A stretch of 64,000 nt of DNA from positions 519,009 to 583,008 of the forward strand of contig OZ244806.1 in the NCBI GenBank assembly GCA_965220075.1, written 5' to 3'. Positions 56,516 to 64,000 of the stretch are shown here, one piece after another (the stretch's first letter is position 1; the number at the start of each line of letters is the position of its first letter). The notes under the pieces were generated by a model. The model was not told where the DNA came from, did no database searches, and saw only the letters and a list, made by a program, of their open reading frames with translations. The stretch is from Chloroflexota bacterium. Lineage in GTDB: Bacteria; Chloroflexota; UBA11872. Position numbers and translations under genes: made by a program.

Positions 56516-57661
56516 CTACCCGCGGCGCAGCTCGGCGAGGGTGTCCTCGACGGCTGTGATCACCGCGGACTGCTCGTCGGCCGTGATAGTGGGGTAGAGC
56601 GGAAGCGTCACCGTCGACGCGCCCACGCGTTCGGCCTCGGGGAAGTCGCCGGGGCCGTGCCCCAGGCGTGTGCGATATGCCTCGAACAGGTGGATCGGGC
56701 GGAAGTTCACGGCCACTCCGATATGTCGTTCCTGGAGGGAATGCAGGAGCGCGTCGCGCAGGCTCGGATCGACTTGAATGGTGAAGAGGTGCACGGCGTG
56801 GCGGCCACCGGGCGGCCGGCGGGGCATGCGCAGGCCCTGGACGTGTTCGAACGCGGCCGCGTACCGGTTGAAGGCGGCCGTGCGCGCCGCCAATAGCTCG
56901 TCGATGCGGGCCAGTTGGCCGGTCAGGAGCGCCGCCTGGATGTCGCTCATGTTGTACTTCCAGCCATGCTCGGGCACGTCATAGTGCCGGTAGCGTCCGG
57001 TGTAGCGGTCGGCCGCGCCGGCGCTCATTCCATGCAGCCGCAGGCGTCGCAGCTTTTCGGCGAGCGCGTCGTCGCGAGTGACGATCGCACCGCCTTCGCC
57101 GGACGTGATGTTCTTGGTGGCGTAGAAGCTCAGGCAGGCGGCCGCCGAACGAGCCCCGACCGCCTCACCATCTCGCCGCGCCTCCAGGGCGTGCGCCGCG
57201 TCCTCGAGCACTGCGAGGTCGTGCTCCTGGGCGAGCGCTTGGAGAGCTTGCATGTCACACATCTGGCCGTACAGGTGCACGGGGAGCAGCACTCGGGTGC
57301 GCGGCGTGATCGCGGCTGCGACGCCATCGGGGTCGAGATTGCCGGTGTCGGGAAGCACGTCGACGAACACGGGAGTGGCGCCGGTGTGGATGATGGCGTT
57401 TGCCGTGGCTACAAAGCTCAGCGGAGTCGTGATGACTTCGTCGCCCGGAGCGATTCCGAGAGCGACGAGGCTGAGGTGGATGGCGGCCGTTCCACTGGTC
57501 ACGCCTACCGCCGCGGCCGTGCGCGTATAGGCGGCGAGCGACTTTTCTAGATCGGCGGTGACCGTGCCAGTGGTCAGGAAGCTCGTGCGCAGTACCTTGG
57601 CGACCCGCTCGATGTCTGACTCATCGACGCTCGTGCGGAAGAATGGCACTTCCCGAATCAC
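56516..57661 (-). CDS. DegT/DnrJ/EryC1/StrS-family PLP-dependent sugar aminotransferase (ArnB-like)
   Basis: VTSGTAAIHLSL...SFYATKNITSGEGGAIVT (PLP Lys)... Confidence 0.85.
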   Translation of the reverse strand: MIREVPFFRTSVDESDIERVAKVLRTSFLTTGTVTADLEKSLAAYTRTAAAVGVTSGTAAIHLSLVALGIAPGDEVITTPLSFVATANAIIHTGATPVFVDVLPDTGNLDPDGVAAAITPRTRVLLPVHLYGQMCDMQALQALAQEHDLAVLEDAAHALEARRDGEAVGARSAAACLSFYATKNITSGEGGAIVTRDDALAEKLRRLRLHGMSAGAADRYTGRYRHYDVPEHGWKYNMSDIQAALLTGQLARIDELLAARTAAFNRYAAAFEHVQGLRMPRRPPGGRHAVHLFTIQVDPSLRDALLHSLQERHIGVAVNFRPIHLFEAYRTRLGHGPGDFPEAERVGASTVTLPLYPTITADEQSAVITAVEDTLAELRRG

Positions 57662-57688
57662 CGGTGCTGCTCCGACCTCACCGTCGCA

Positions 57689-59308
57689 GTGCCGATTCTC
57701 GCATCGGCCGTCGGATGCGGGGTAGCGGGGATCTCGGTTTTATTTGGGCGGTGGGTTTGGGAAGATCGCGGCGCAATGGACATCTTCTGGGCTCTGCCGG
57801 TCGCGGCGGCTTCGTTCTTGCTGCAGATCTGGCCGCGTGTCGGCAATCGGCATTTCGGCGTCGACACTTGGCGCCACCTTGCAATCGCCGAATATTACCG
57901 TCGCCGCCGTCGGGGAGAAACGCAAGAGTTCGACCAGTACATCATCGAGGAGCGGTCGGATTATCCGCCGATGCTCCGAGTCCTGCTGTCGCTGCTGCCG
58001 AGAGCCGTCGTCGACCGCACGCAGTGGTTGGTCAGCCCGATCTTCGATGCCGCCCACAGTCTCCTGCTGTTCGGCGCCGCCTATTGGTTGACCGGCGAGA
58101 TAGCCGCGGCCATGGCCGCGCAGGCGGCCTACGCCCTGGCCCCTCTGATCGTGATGGAGAACTCCAACCTCTCGACGAGGCCGCTCGCGTCGCTCATGTT
58201 CTCGAGCCTGATGCTTCCGCATCTGGCCTTTCATACCTCGGGCGACTGGGTCTGGTATCCCGTGTCACTCGCGGTCGGGACGGCGCTCTTCTTGACGCAC
58301 CGAATGGCGGTGCAGGCGCTGACGGCGGTGACCGTAGTGCTGTCGCTCTGGTTCCTTACGCCGTACTACGCGGCGGCCTTCGCAGGTTCGTGGCTTGCGG
58401 CCCTGGTCGTGTCGCGTGGCTTCTATCTGCGGGTCTTCGCCGGGCACGTGGCGATGCTCCGGTGGTGGCGCCGAAACATCCACAACCGCTACGCGCATCA
58501 GGTCCGTGGACTCCCTCGCGAGGCGAGTCAAAGCGGCGATCCCGTCTTTCGGATATACAGCTTGGTGCGGCGCGCGCCGTTCATCGCCGTGGTTGCTGCG
58601 AACGCCTTTGTGGTGTTTCCCATCCTGGTCGCGATCGATCGCGGGTTTGAGCTCGGTCTGTTCCGGCCCCTGGACTGGGATCGCCAGCTCGAGTTCGTGC
58701 TCGTCTGGGCGCTGACACTGCTCACCACCGGTGTTGTGATTCGCCAGGTGCGGCAGGTCGAGTGGCTTGGCGAAGGCGAGCGCTACGGTGAATACGCCGC
58801 CTTTCCCGCCGCCCTCGCAGTGGCGGCCGCAATCACGAGCATCCGGCTCGACCTCACCTGGCTCCCCTGGCTCGTCCTCGCGCTCATTGGCGCCGGCGGC
58901 GGACTCATCCCGTCGTTGTTCCTGCAGCGGCGCGTCATCGCGAACGACACGAGTCGATCGCTCACCCCCGAGCTCCGCAAGGTTCTCGAGGAGATTGATA
59001 GGATCGAGCCACGCCCCAACCTAATGACGTTCCCGCTGTTTCTGGCGGACTTCGCCCTGTACTTCACCCACGCCCGCGTCTGGAGCACCGACAGCTCGTT
59101 CGGCCATCTGCGTCACTACGATGCGGTTTGGCCGGTGCTTCAGCAGCCGGTCCCCGAGATTCTGCGTCGCTACGATGTGGATCATGCGCTGGTTAATGAG
59201 GACTACGTGCGCCTCGCGGAGCTCGGTTTGGACAGCGCCCCCGTTCGGGCGCGCGCGGGTAACTTCGTGCTCGTCAACGTGAGCGATTTGCCGGGACATC
59301 CCGCGTGA
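57689..59308 (+). CDS. Polytopic membrane protein, candidate GT-C glycosyltransferase (ArnT-like by context)
   Basis: More than 10 hydrophobic helices. It is only 27 bp from the divergent DegT start, so the true start may be the internal MDIFWAL at 57776. Confidence 0.5.
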   Translation: MPILASAVGCGVAGISVLFGRWVWEDRGAMDIFWALPVAAASFLLQIWPRVGNRHFGVDTWRHLAIAEYYRRRRRGETQEFDQYIIEERSDYPPMLRVLLSLLPRAVVDRTQWLVSPIFDAAHSLLLFGAAYWLTGEIAAAMAAQAAYALAPLIVMENSNLSTRPLASLMFSSLMLPHLAFHTSGDWVWYPVSLAVGTALFLTHRMAVQALTAVTVVLSLWFLTPYYAAAFAGSWLAALVVSRGFYLRVFAGHVAMLRWWRRNIHNRYAHQVRGLPREASQSGDPVFRIYSLVRRAPFIAVVAANAFVVFPILVAIDRGFELGLFRPLDWDRQLEFVLVWALTLLTTGVVIRQVRQVEWLGEGERYGEYAAFPAALAVAAAITSIRLDLTWLPWLVLALIGAGGGLIPSLFLQRRVIANDTSRSLTPELRKVLEEIDRIEPRPNLMTFPLFLADFALYFTHARVWSTDSSFGHLRHYDAVWPVLQQPVPEILRRYDVDHALVNEDYVRLAELGLDSAPVRARAGNFVLVNVSDLPGHPA

Positions 59309-60279
59309 GGGTTCTCGTCACCGGCGGCGCGGGCTTCCTGGGATCGCACGTTGTCGACGTTCACATTGCGCGCGGCGACGATGTCGTCGCCGTCGACCTG
59401 ACCGATGGATCAAAGGTCGCGCATCTGTCCGACAACCCGCGCTTCCAGTTCGTCCGCGGCTCCGTCATGGACGCGGAGTTGATGGAGGTCCAGATCGCGG
59501 AGTCGGAAATCGTCTACCACCTCGCGGCTGTTGCCGACCCGAAGGTGTACGTGGCAGACCCGCTGCACACCATGAATCTGGATCTGATCGGGGGGCTGCG
59601 CGTCGCCGAGATTGCCGCCCGGCGCGGTCGGCTGCTCGTGTTCACCTCCACATCCGAGGTCTACGGCCGCAATACAGCCGTCCCTTGGTCGGAGGACGAC
59701 GACCGCGTGCTGGGCGCGACCACGATCAACAGGTGGAGCTATGCGACGGCTAAAGCTGCCGTCGAGCACTACATCCTTGCCCTGCACCAGTCGCAGGGGC
59801 TGGAGTTCGTCATCTTCCGCCCGTTCAATATCTATGGGCCGCGCCTGGATTCGCTCGGGGCCGGCCGCGTCGTCACCGTCTTCCTTCACCGACTTCTGTC
59901 CGGCAAGCCTGTCCAGGTGCACGGCGACGGCCGCCAAACACGGACCTTTTGCTACGTCGCGGACGCGGCGCAGGGTGTCGTCGACGGCGCGCTGGCGTCC
60001 GCCGCAAGAAACCGCGTCTTCAACATAGGCACCGATGAGGAGTACGCGATCGTCGATCTAGCCAAGATCATGCGGCGCGTCGGTGGGTTCGATGTCCCGA
60101 TCGAGGCCGTCGAATACGAATCCGTCTTCGGGCCAAGCTACGAGGACATTCGTCGACGCGTGCCTGACCTTACGCGCATTCGCCAGGCCATCGGCTGGGA
60201 GGCGACGACGCCTCTGGACGAGGGTCTCGTCCGCACGATCGAGTACTTCCGCGGCGAAACGGACGTCTCCCGGCCGTGA
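59305..60279 (+). CDS. NAD-dependent UDP-sugar decarboxylase/epimerase resembling the ArnA C-terminal (UDP-glucuronate decarboxylase) domain
   Basis: VRVLVTGGAGFLGSH...TSTSEVYG...RWSYATAK...RPFNIYGPRLD...HGDGRQTRTFCYV closely parallels ArnA-CT/UXS motifs. GTG overlaps the upstream stop. Confidence 0.7.
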   Translation: MRVLVTGGAGFLGSHVVDVHIARGDDVVAVDLTDGSKVAHLSDNPRFQFVRGSVMDAELMEVQIAESEIVYHLAAVADPKVYVADPLHTMNLDLIGGLRVAEIAARRGRLLVFTSTSEVYGRNTAVPWSEDDDRVLGATTINRWSYATAKAAVEHYILALHQSQGLEFVIFRPFNIYGPRLDSLGAGRVVTVFLHRLLSGKPVQVHGDGRQTRTFCYVADAAQGVVDGALASAARNRVFNIGTDEEYAIVDLAKIMRRVGGFDVPIEAVEYESVFGPSYEDIRRRVPDLTRIRQAIGWEATTPLDEGLVRTIEYFRGETDVSRP

Positions 60280-60434
60280 AGATCCTCTTTCATGGGCGGC
60301 CAGCAGCGGGGAATCTCAACGCTCGATGGGCTTACGGCGTCAGGCCAAACCAACTCCAGGTCTCGCGTCTACTCCGGACGACGGCGCATTAGTCGCCTGC
60401 AAGGCGTCGACACGACTCGCCGCTTGAGCCGCGC

Positions 60435-61703
60435 ATGACAACGCCGTCGAGCTCCTCGAAGCGGGACACGCCGGGCAGCAGTTGGGCGCGCACGAATTCA
60501 CCGCTCACCGCTGAAAGAGGCGCCCTCGGCCTCGGCGCACCTAACGGCTTTACGTACCGCCCGTGGCGCGAAGGCGACGACCCCGCCTGCGTCGACATGC
60601 TCGCGCCAATGGGTTGGACGACGGCCGAGCGTTACGCGCGGAAGTTTGAAGACGAGGGTCTGGTACCGGGATCCGTCTTGATCGCCGAATCCGCTGGCGA
60701 GATCCGCGGCCATTCGATCACCGCGTTGCGCCGTCTCATCTTTGGCGACGCACGGCTTCCCGCCGCGACGATCGGGCAAGTGGTGGTTCGAGGCGATAGC
60801 CGCGGGCGCGGAGTTGGCCGCAACCTTCTGGAGCAGGCGCTTAGGTTCGCCCTGAGGCACGGCGCGGTGTTGGTCTGGCTGACGGCGCACCCTGGTCGTG
60901 GAGTCGCGTATGACATGTATCGCCGCCGCGGATTCGAGCGCGTGCAGCATCGTCTGACCGCCAGATTCTCCGCCAAGGAGTCCACCGATGGCCTGTCCGC
61001 CCGGCGGGCGTCGCCGTCCGACGCTGCCGAGCTACGGCGGCTTCGAAGAACGTTCGCCCGCCTGACCGGGGCGGTCCAGGACCGCGACTATGAGCAGGCC
61101 TTCGGATGGGAGTGGTGGCTCGTTTCCCGTGGCGGCCGCGCACACGCCGCAGTCCGGATCCGGATGGATCTGAAGCCCCCCACTATCAGCGCCGCTCTGT
61201 TTGATGCTGATGAAGACCCGGCGCCCTACATGAATTCGGCGATCCGCGCCGCGGGGCTGTCGGAAGTTGATGTCCGTGCGTCCCCCGCCGCGCCGCTGGT
61301 CGCCCGCATGCCAGGTCTCGACTGGCAAATGGTCAGTGGCGAGTACCTCGCCTTCGTTCCGTCCCTCTCACGGCTTCTCACGAGCCTTCTGCCGTGCTAC
61401 CGGCGTCGTGCCGTCGAGCTTGGCATTCGAACGGGACGGGTGGCCGTCGAGCGCAATGATGCCCGGATCGCCGTGGCCTTTGATCGTGGCGAGGCGCGGA
61501 TTTCACCACCGCGTCCTGACGACACGCGCGTCGTGTTCCCAGGTGAAGGTATCGCCTCGGCGGTGCTCGGCGCTTTCGATCCGAGTACGGCAGTGCGCGA
61601 CGGCGCCATCAGTATCCAGGATGGCTCCGTGCCAGCTGCCAAAGCGCTTGAATGGCTTTTTCCATATCGACACTGCGACTTCACCCAGCATTCGGTCTGG
61701 TAG
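60435..61703 (+). CDS. GNAT-family N-acetyltransferase with a C-terminal extension (Eis-like architecture)
   Basis: VVVRGDSRGRGVGRNLLEQALRFA is the acetyl-CoA-binding motif A (Q/RxxGxG/A). 422 aa. Confidence 0.55.
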   Translation: MTTPSSSSKRDTPGSSWARTNSPLTAERGALGLGAPNGFTYRPWREGDDPACVDMLAPMGWTTAERYARKFEDEGLVPGSVLIAESAGEIRGHSITALRRLIFGDARLPAATIGQVVVRGDSRGRGVGRNLLEQALRFALRHGAVLVWLTAHPGRGVAYDMYRRRGFERVQHRLTARFSAKESTDGLSARRASPSDAAELRRLRRTFARLTGAVQDRDYEQAFGWEWWLVSRGGRAHAAVRIRMDLKPPTISAALFDADEDPAPYMNSAIRAAGLSEVDVRASPAAPLVARMPGLDWQMVSGEYLAFVPSLSRLLTSLLPCYRRRAVELGIRTGRVAVERNDARIAVAFDRGEARISPPRPDDTRVVFPGEGIASAVLGAFDPSTAVRDGAISIQDGSVPAAKALEWLFPYRHCDFTQHSVW

Positions 61704-61805
61704 CTATCTGCGGATTACGTAGTCTTTGTGCAAAAGCTTTGGCAGGGCTAAAATACTCAGTTTACAGAGGCAGACAAGCGCTTACTAAAACTCTTTAGCA
61801 CCGCA

Positions 61806-62876
61806 TCAAACCCTGTCGTACTCTCGATACAGATTCAAATCGTACCGCCACGGTACCGCCGCCCACGCAAATTTCATCAAGCTTCGATCGTCGCGGCAGC
61901 GCACAACTCCCTGAACATGCTGTCGCTTCATCATCGTCTTGTTTAAGTTAAAGATATTCCATGCGAGTGCGTCCGCAATCGCACGCGCTTTCCTCCTTCG
62001 ACCTCGCAAGCAATACACGGCGAATAGTCCGACACAGACCAACACATGTATGGGCAATATCTTCAATAGATAAAATAAACCTAGATTCTTCAACAACGAC
62101 TGAATACGATTCTTGAATGCATGATAGTTGACCAAATAAGAGTCCAAGCTCCGCGATGTCGCCGCGACACGATGGAGGATTCGCGCGGACGGAACGAAGT
62201 ATACCTTATAACCAGCCAGCCAGATGCGCCAACATAAGTCGGTCTCTTCAAAGTAAGCGAAGTAAGAATCATCAAACATACCAACCTCATCCAAGACTGA
62301 TGCTCGAACGAGAAGGCAGACGCCCTTGGCTGCAAAGATAGGGTGGGGCGTGTCGAAGCCTCGATCTTTCTGCCGGTACCCGTAGTGATACATCATGCCG
62401 GTAGCTGTCAAGAAATCCCCAATGCAATCTATTCTTGATGGGTCTTCCATCCACAGTATCTTTGGCGTGCACGCGCCTGCGTCCGGATTCGCTTCCATGA
62501 ACTTGATGAGCTCATTCAGCGAATCAGCCTCGATCTGCGTGTCCGAGTTCAGAAAGCAGACATAGTCGCCCGTCGCGCGCGCATAGCCCAGCAGATGGCC
62601 GCCGACAAATCCTAGATTCACCGGTGACGTCACCAGTTGGACGGACGGAAAATCGCTCCGCACCATGTGAGCCGAGCCGTCGTGCGACCCGTTGTCAACG
62701 ACAATCACCTCGCAAGGCTGGTAGTCGACCTTGCAAACCGAGTCCAGGCAATCTCGCAGCAGGTCCCGCGTGTTGTGGTTCACAATGAGTACCGACACGG
62801 TGGGGATGCTGTGGGTCGCCGCGTCGGATGCCACGTGCTTATCCGAGTGGCGGGGTGGCTGGCCGCTCTCGGCCAT
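61806..62876 (-). CDS. Family 2 glycosyltransferase
   Basis: VSVLIVNHNTRDLLRDCLDSV...VIVVDNGSHDGS...LNSDT, with a C-terminal amphipathic/TM segment. Its codon usage is noticeably AT-richer than the window average. Confidence 0.75.
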   Translation of the reverse strand: MAESGQPPRHSDKHVASDAATHSIPTVSVLIVNHNTRDLLRDCLDSVCKVDYQPCEVIVVDNGSHDGSAHMVRSDFPSVQLVTSPVNLGFVGGHLLGYARATGDYVCFLNSDTQIEADSLNELIKFMEANPDAGACTPKILWMEDPSRIDCIGDFLTATGMMYHYGYRQKDRGFDTPHPIFAAKGVCLLVRASVLDEVGMFDDSYFAYFEETDLCWRIWLAGYKVYFVPSARILHRVAATSRSLDSYLVNYHAFKNRIQSLLKNLGLFYLLKILPIHVLVCVGLFAVYCLRGRRRKARAIADALAWNIFNLNKTMMKRQHVQGVVRCRDDRSLMKFAWAAVPWRYDLNLYREYDRV

Positions 62877-62964
62877 TCGCGGGTTGGACTAGTAACTTTC
62901 CGGAGGGACGCGGGGATTTGCGCCAGCGAGACCTTGTGTGGGGTGACCGAAAGCGGGAATGTGA

Positions 62965-63696
62965 GTGAGCTACAAGCGCCTGTCGATCATCGTGGCCGCT
63001 GCGGCCGCGGCCGTGGTACTCACCCTCGGCGCCGTCCTTCACACGCGTGTTCTCCCGCTGACTTCGCATGCCCCCGCCGAGGTCTTCGCGTTTGGGCCGG
63101 TGGTTGGCAAAGTCATACAGAGATTCGAGGCGCCGGCGGATTTCATGACGCGGATCGACCTGTACCTCGTTGCGGATACGCGCGGCGCTGAATTGGTGCC
63201 GGTCAATCTTCGGCTGCGCCACGCGTCTGGCGAAATAGTAGCCGAATCCCGAATTGACATTGGGGCGGGCGACCGAGCTCAACTCCACCGGTTCAGGTTC
63301 ACTCCCATCGAGAACAGCCGGCAAGCCGACTTTGATCTCGAAATCGAGCGTGCCCCGAGCGCGGCCGGTGAGCTCTTCGTGCCCGTCGCACGTGTTCGCG
63401 ATCGAGCTTCCGGCGTGTTCACCGATCACGATGGGGTCCCGCACTCCGACTGGACCGTTCGCTATCAGCTTTTTCAGCGCATTCGCCCCATCAGCTATTT
63501 CCGATCCCTCCTGGAGTCGGATTTTCTTACCGCGGCGGGCGCGCTGGCGGCGGCGGGTTTGCTCGCTCTCGGGGCTGGCGGCGGCATTCGCCGGCTTGCG
63601 CCCGGATTGGCGCCTGCCGCGGCCCCGTGGCTCTTTGGCGTGATCCTGACCATCGGCGCCGCCTGGCTGGCTTTCGCCTTCTTGCCCGCGGCTTGA
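62965..63696 (+). CDS. Hypothetical protein with an N-terminal signal-anchor and a C-terminal TM segment
   Basis: LSIIVAAAAAAVVLTLGAVL...; C-terminal LFGVILTIGAAWLAFAFL. Confidence 0.4.
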   Translation: MSYKRLSIIVAAAAAAVVLTLGAVLHTRVLPLTSHAPAEVFAFGPVVGKVIQRFEAPADFMTRIDLYLVADTRGAELVPVNLRLRHASGEIVAESRIDIGAGDRAQLHRFRFTPIENSRQADFDLEIERAPSAAGELFVPVARVRDRASGVFTDHDGVPHSDWTVRYQLFQRIRPISYFRSLLESDFLTAAGALAAAGLLALGAGGGIRRLAPGLAPAAAPWLFGVILTIGAAWLAFAFLPAA

Positions 63697-63854
63697 GGCG
63701 TGGTGGTCCGCCGCGCGGCAAGCACGGTTTTCGCGGCTAACCAATAGGCCGCGCCCTCTCGCCGTCCGCCGCGTGATGCGGTGGTTGCCGATCAAAGCGC
63801 CCTTGGGTTTCCGTCCAATTCGTTGGGCCTTAGCGGCCTTTGAGGCCGGCGGGC

Positions 63855-64000
63855 TACGCGCTGGCTTCAGCCGGCTCGCGTGGCTCCATTCGGCGCAGAA
63901 ACAAGACCGTCTCGATTCCCAGGTACACGACGCCCGTGGTCACGGCTGCCAGGAGCACGGTCGCCGTCTCAACCGGTGCTGCATGGAATCCCAGCATGCC
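63855..64000 (-). CDS. 3' end of a gene encoding a hydrophobic (membrane) protein; the 5' part lies beyond the window
   Basis: The open minus-strand frame ...GMLGFHAAPVETATVLLAAVTTGVVYLGIETVLFLRRMEPREPAEASA ends with TAG at 63857..63855. Confidence 0.3.

Overview
This is a high-GC (~70%) bacterial chromosomal segment with dense coding on both strands. Many long Arg/Ala/Pro-rich ORFs in the track are antisense artefacts of the GC bias and are ignored. All gene calls below rest on reading the translated ORFs for family-specific motifs; no database search was run.

Well-supported core genes:
- sbcD-sbcC (Mre11/Rad50-type nuclease and ATPase).
- An rpmI-rplT-trmH-pheS-pheT operon, ddl and pyrE.
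- A standalone nuoE-nuoF pair, endonuclease IV (nfo), a Cof-type HAD hydrolase and tsaC.
- Threonine aldolase, a pabB-like chorismate-binding enzyme and pterin-4a-carbinolamine dehydratase.
- Three SDR sugar-nucleotide epimerase/dehydratases.
- An ECF sigma factor with a repeat-containing anti-sigma protein.
- An SLC13-type transporter.

Most notable observations:
1. Two thioredoxin-fold genes carry an in-frame TGA exactly where the N-terminal redox-active Cys of a CxxC motif belongs. One is peroxiredoxin-like with U-S-H-C; the other is TlpA/redoxin-like with U-A-C. Each has a GC-rich hairpin 11-15 nt downstream of the TGA. This is consistent with selenocysteine decoding (bacterial SECIS). A monothiol glutaredoxin-like gene lies divergent from the peroxiredoxin-like candidate.
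2. A candidate phage-defence/mobile island (~44.1-50.4 kb) contains:
   - an IS110-family element inserted immediately upstream of rpmI-rplT; infC is absent from its usual place;
   - a NYN-domain gene remnant;
   - a split OLD-family/AbiL-like pair (AAA_21 ATPase plus a DUF4276/TOPRIM-like protein);
   - a metallophosphoesterase and a DUF59/SufT-like protein;
   - a PD-(D/E)XK nuclease with a Cas4-like Cys cluster.
3. A lower-GC island (54.1-63.7 kb) has an AT-rich promoter region. It encodes an Arn-like 4-amino-pentose pathway: an ArnA-C-terminal-like decarboxylase, a DegT/ArnB-like aminotransferase, an ArnC-like GT2, a polytopic ArnT-like membrane protein, a GNAT, a second GT2 and a Zn-ribbon methyltransferase.
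4. Other items: a frameshifted methyltransferase; a 123-bp coding tandem repeat; a TatA/B-like N-terminus fused to a Cys-containing C-terminal domain; a split D-glutamate-cyclase-like DUF4392/DUF1445 pair; and a structured inverted-repeat intergenic region.

No rRNA, tRNA or CRISPR array was found.
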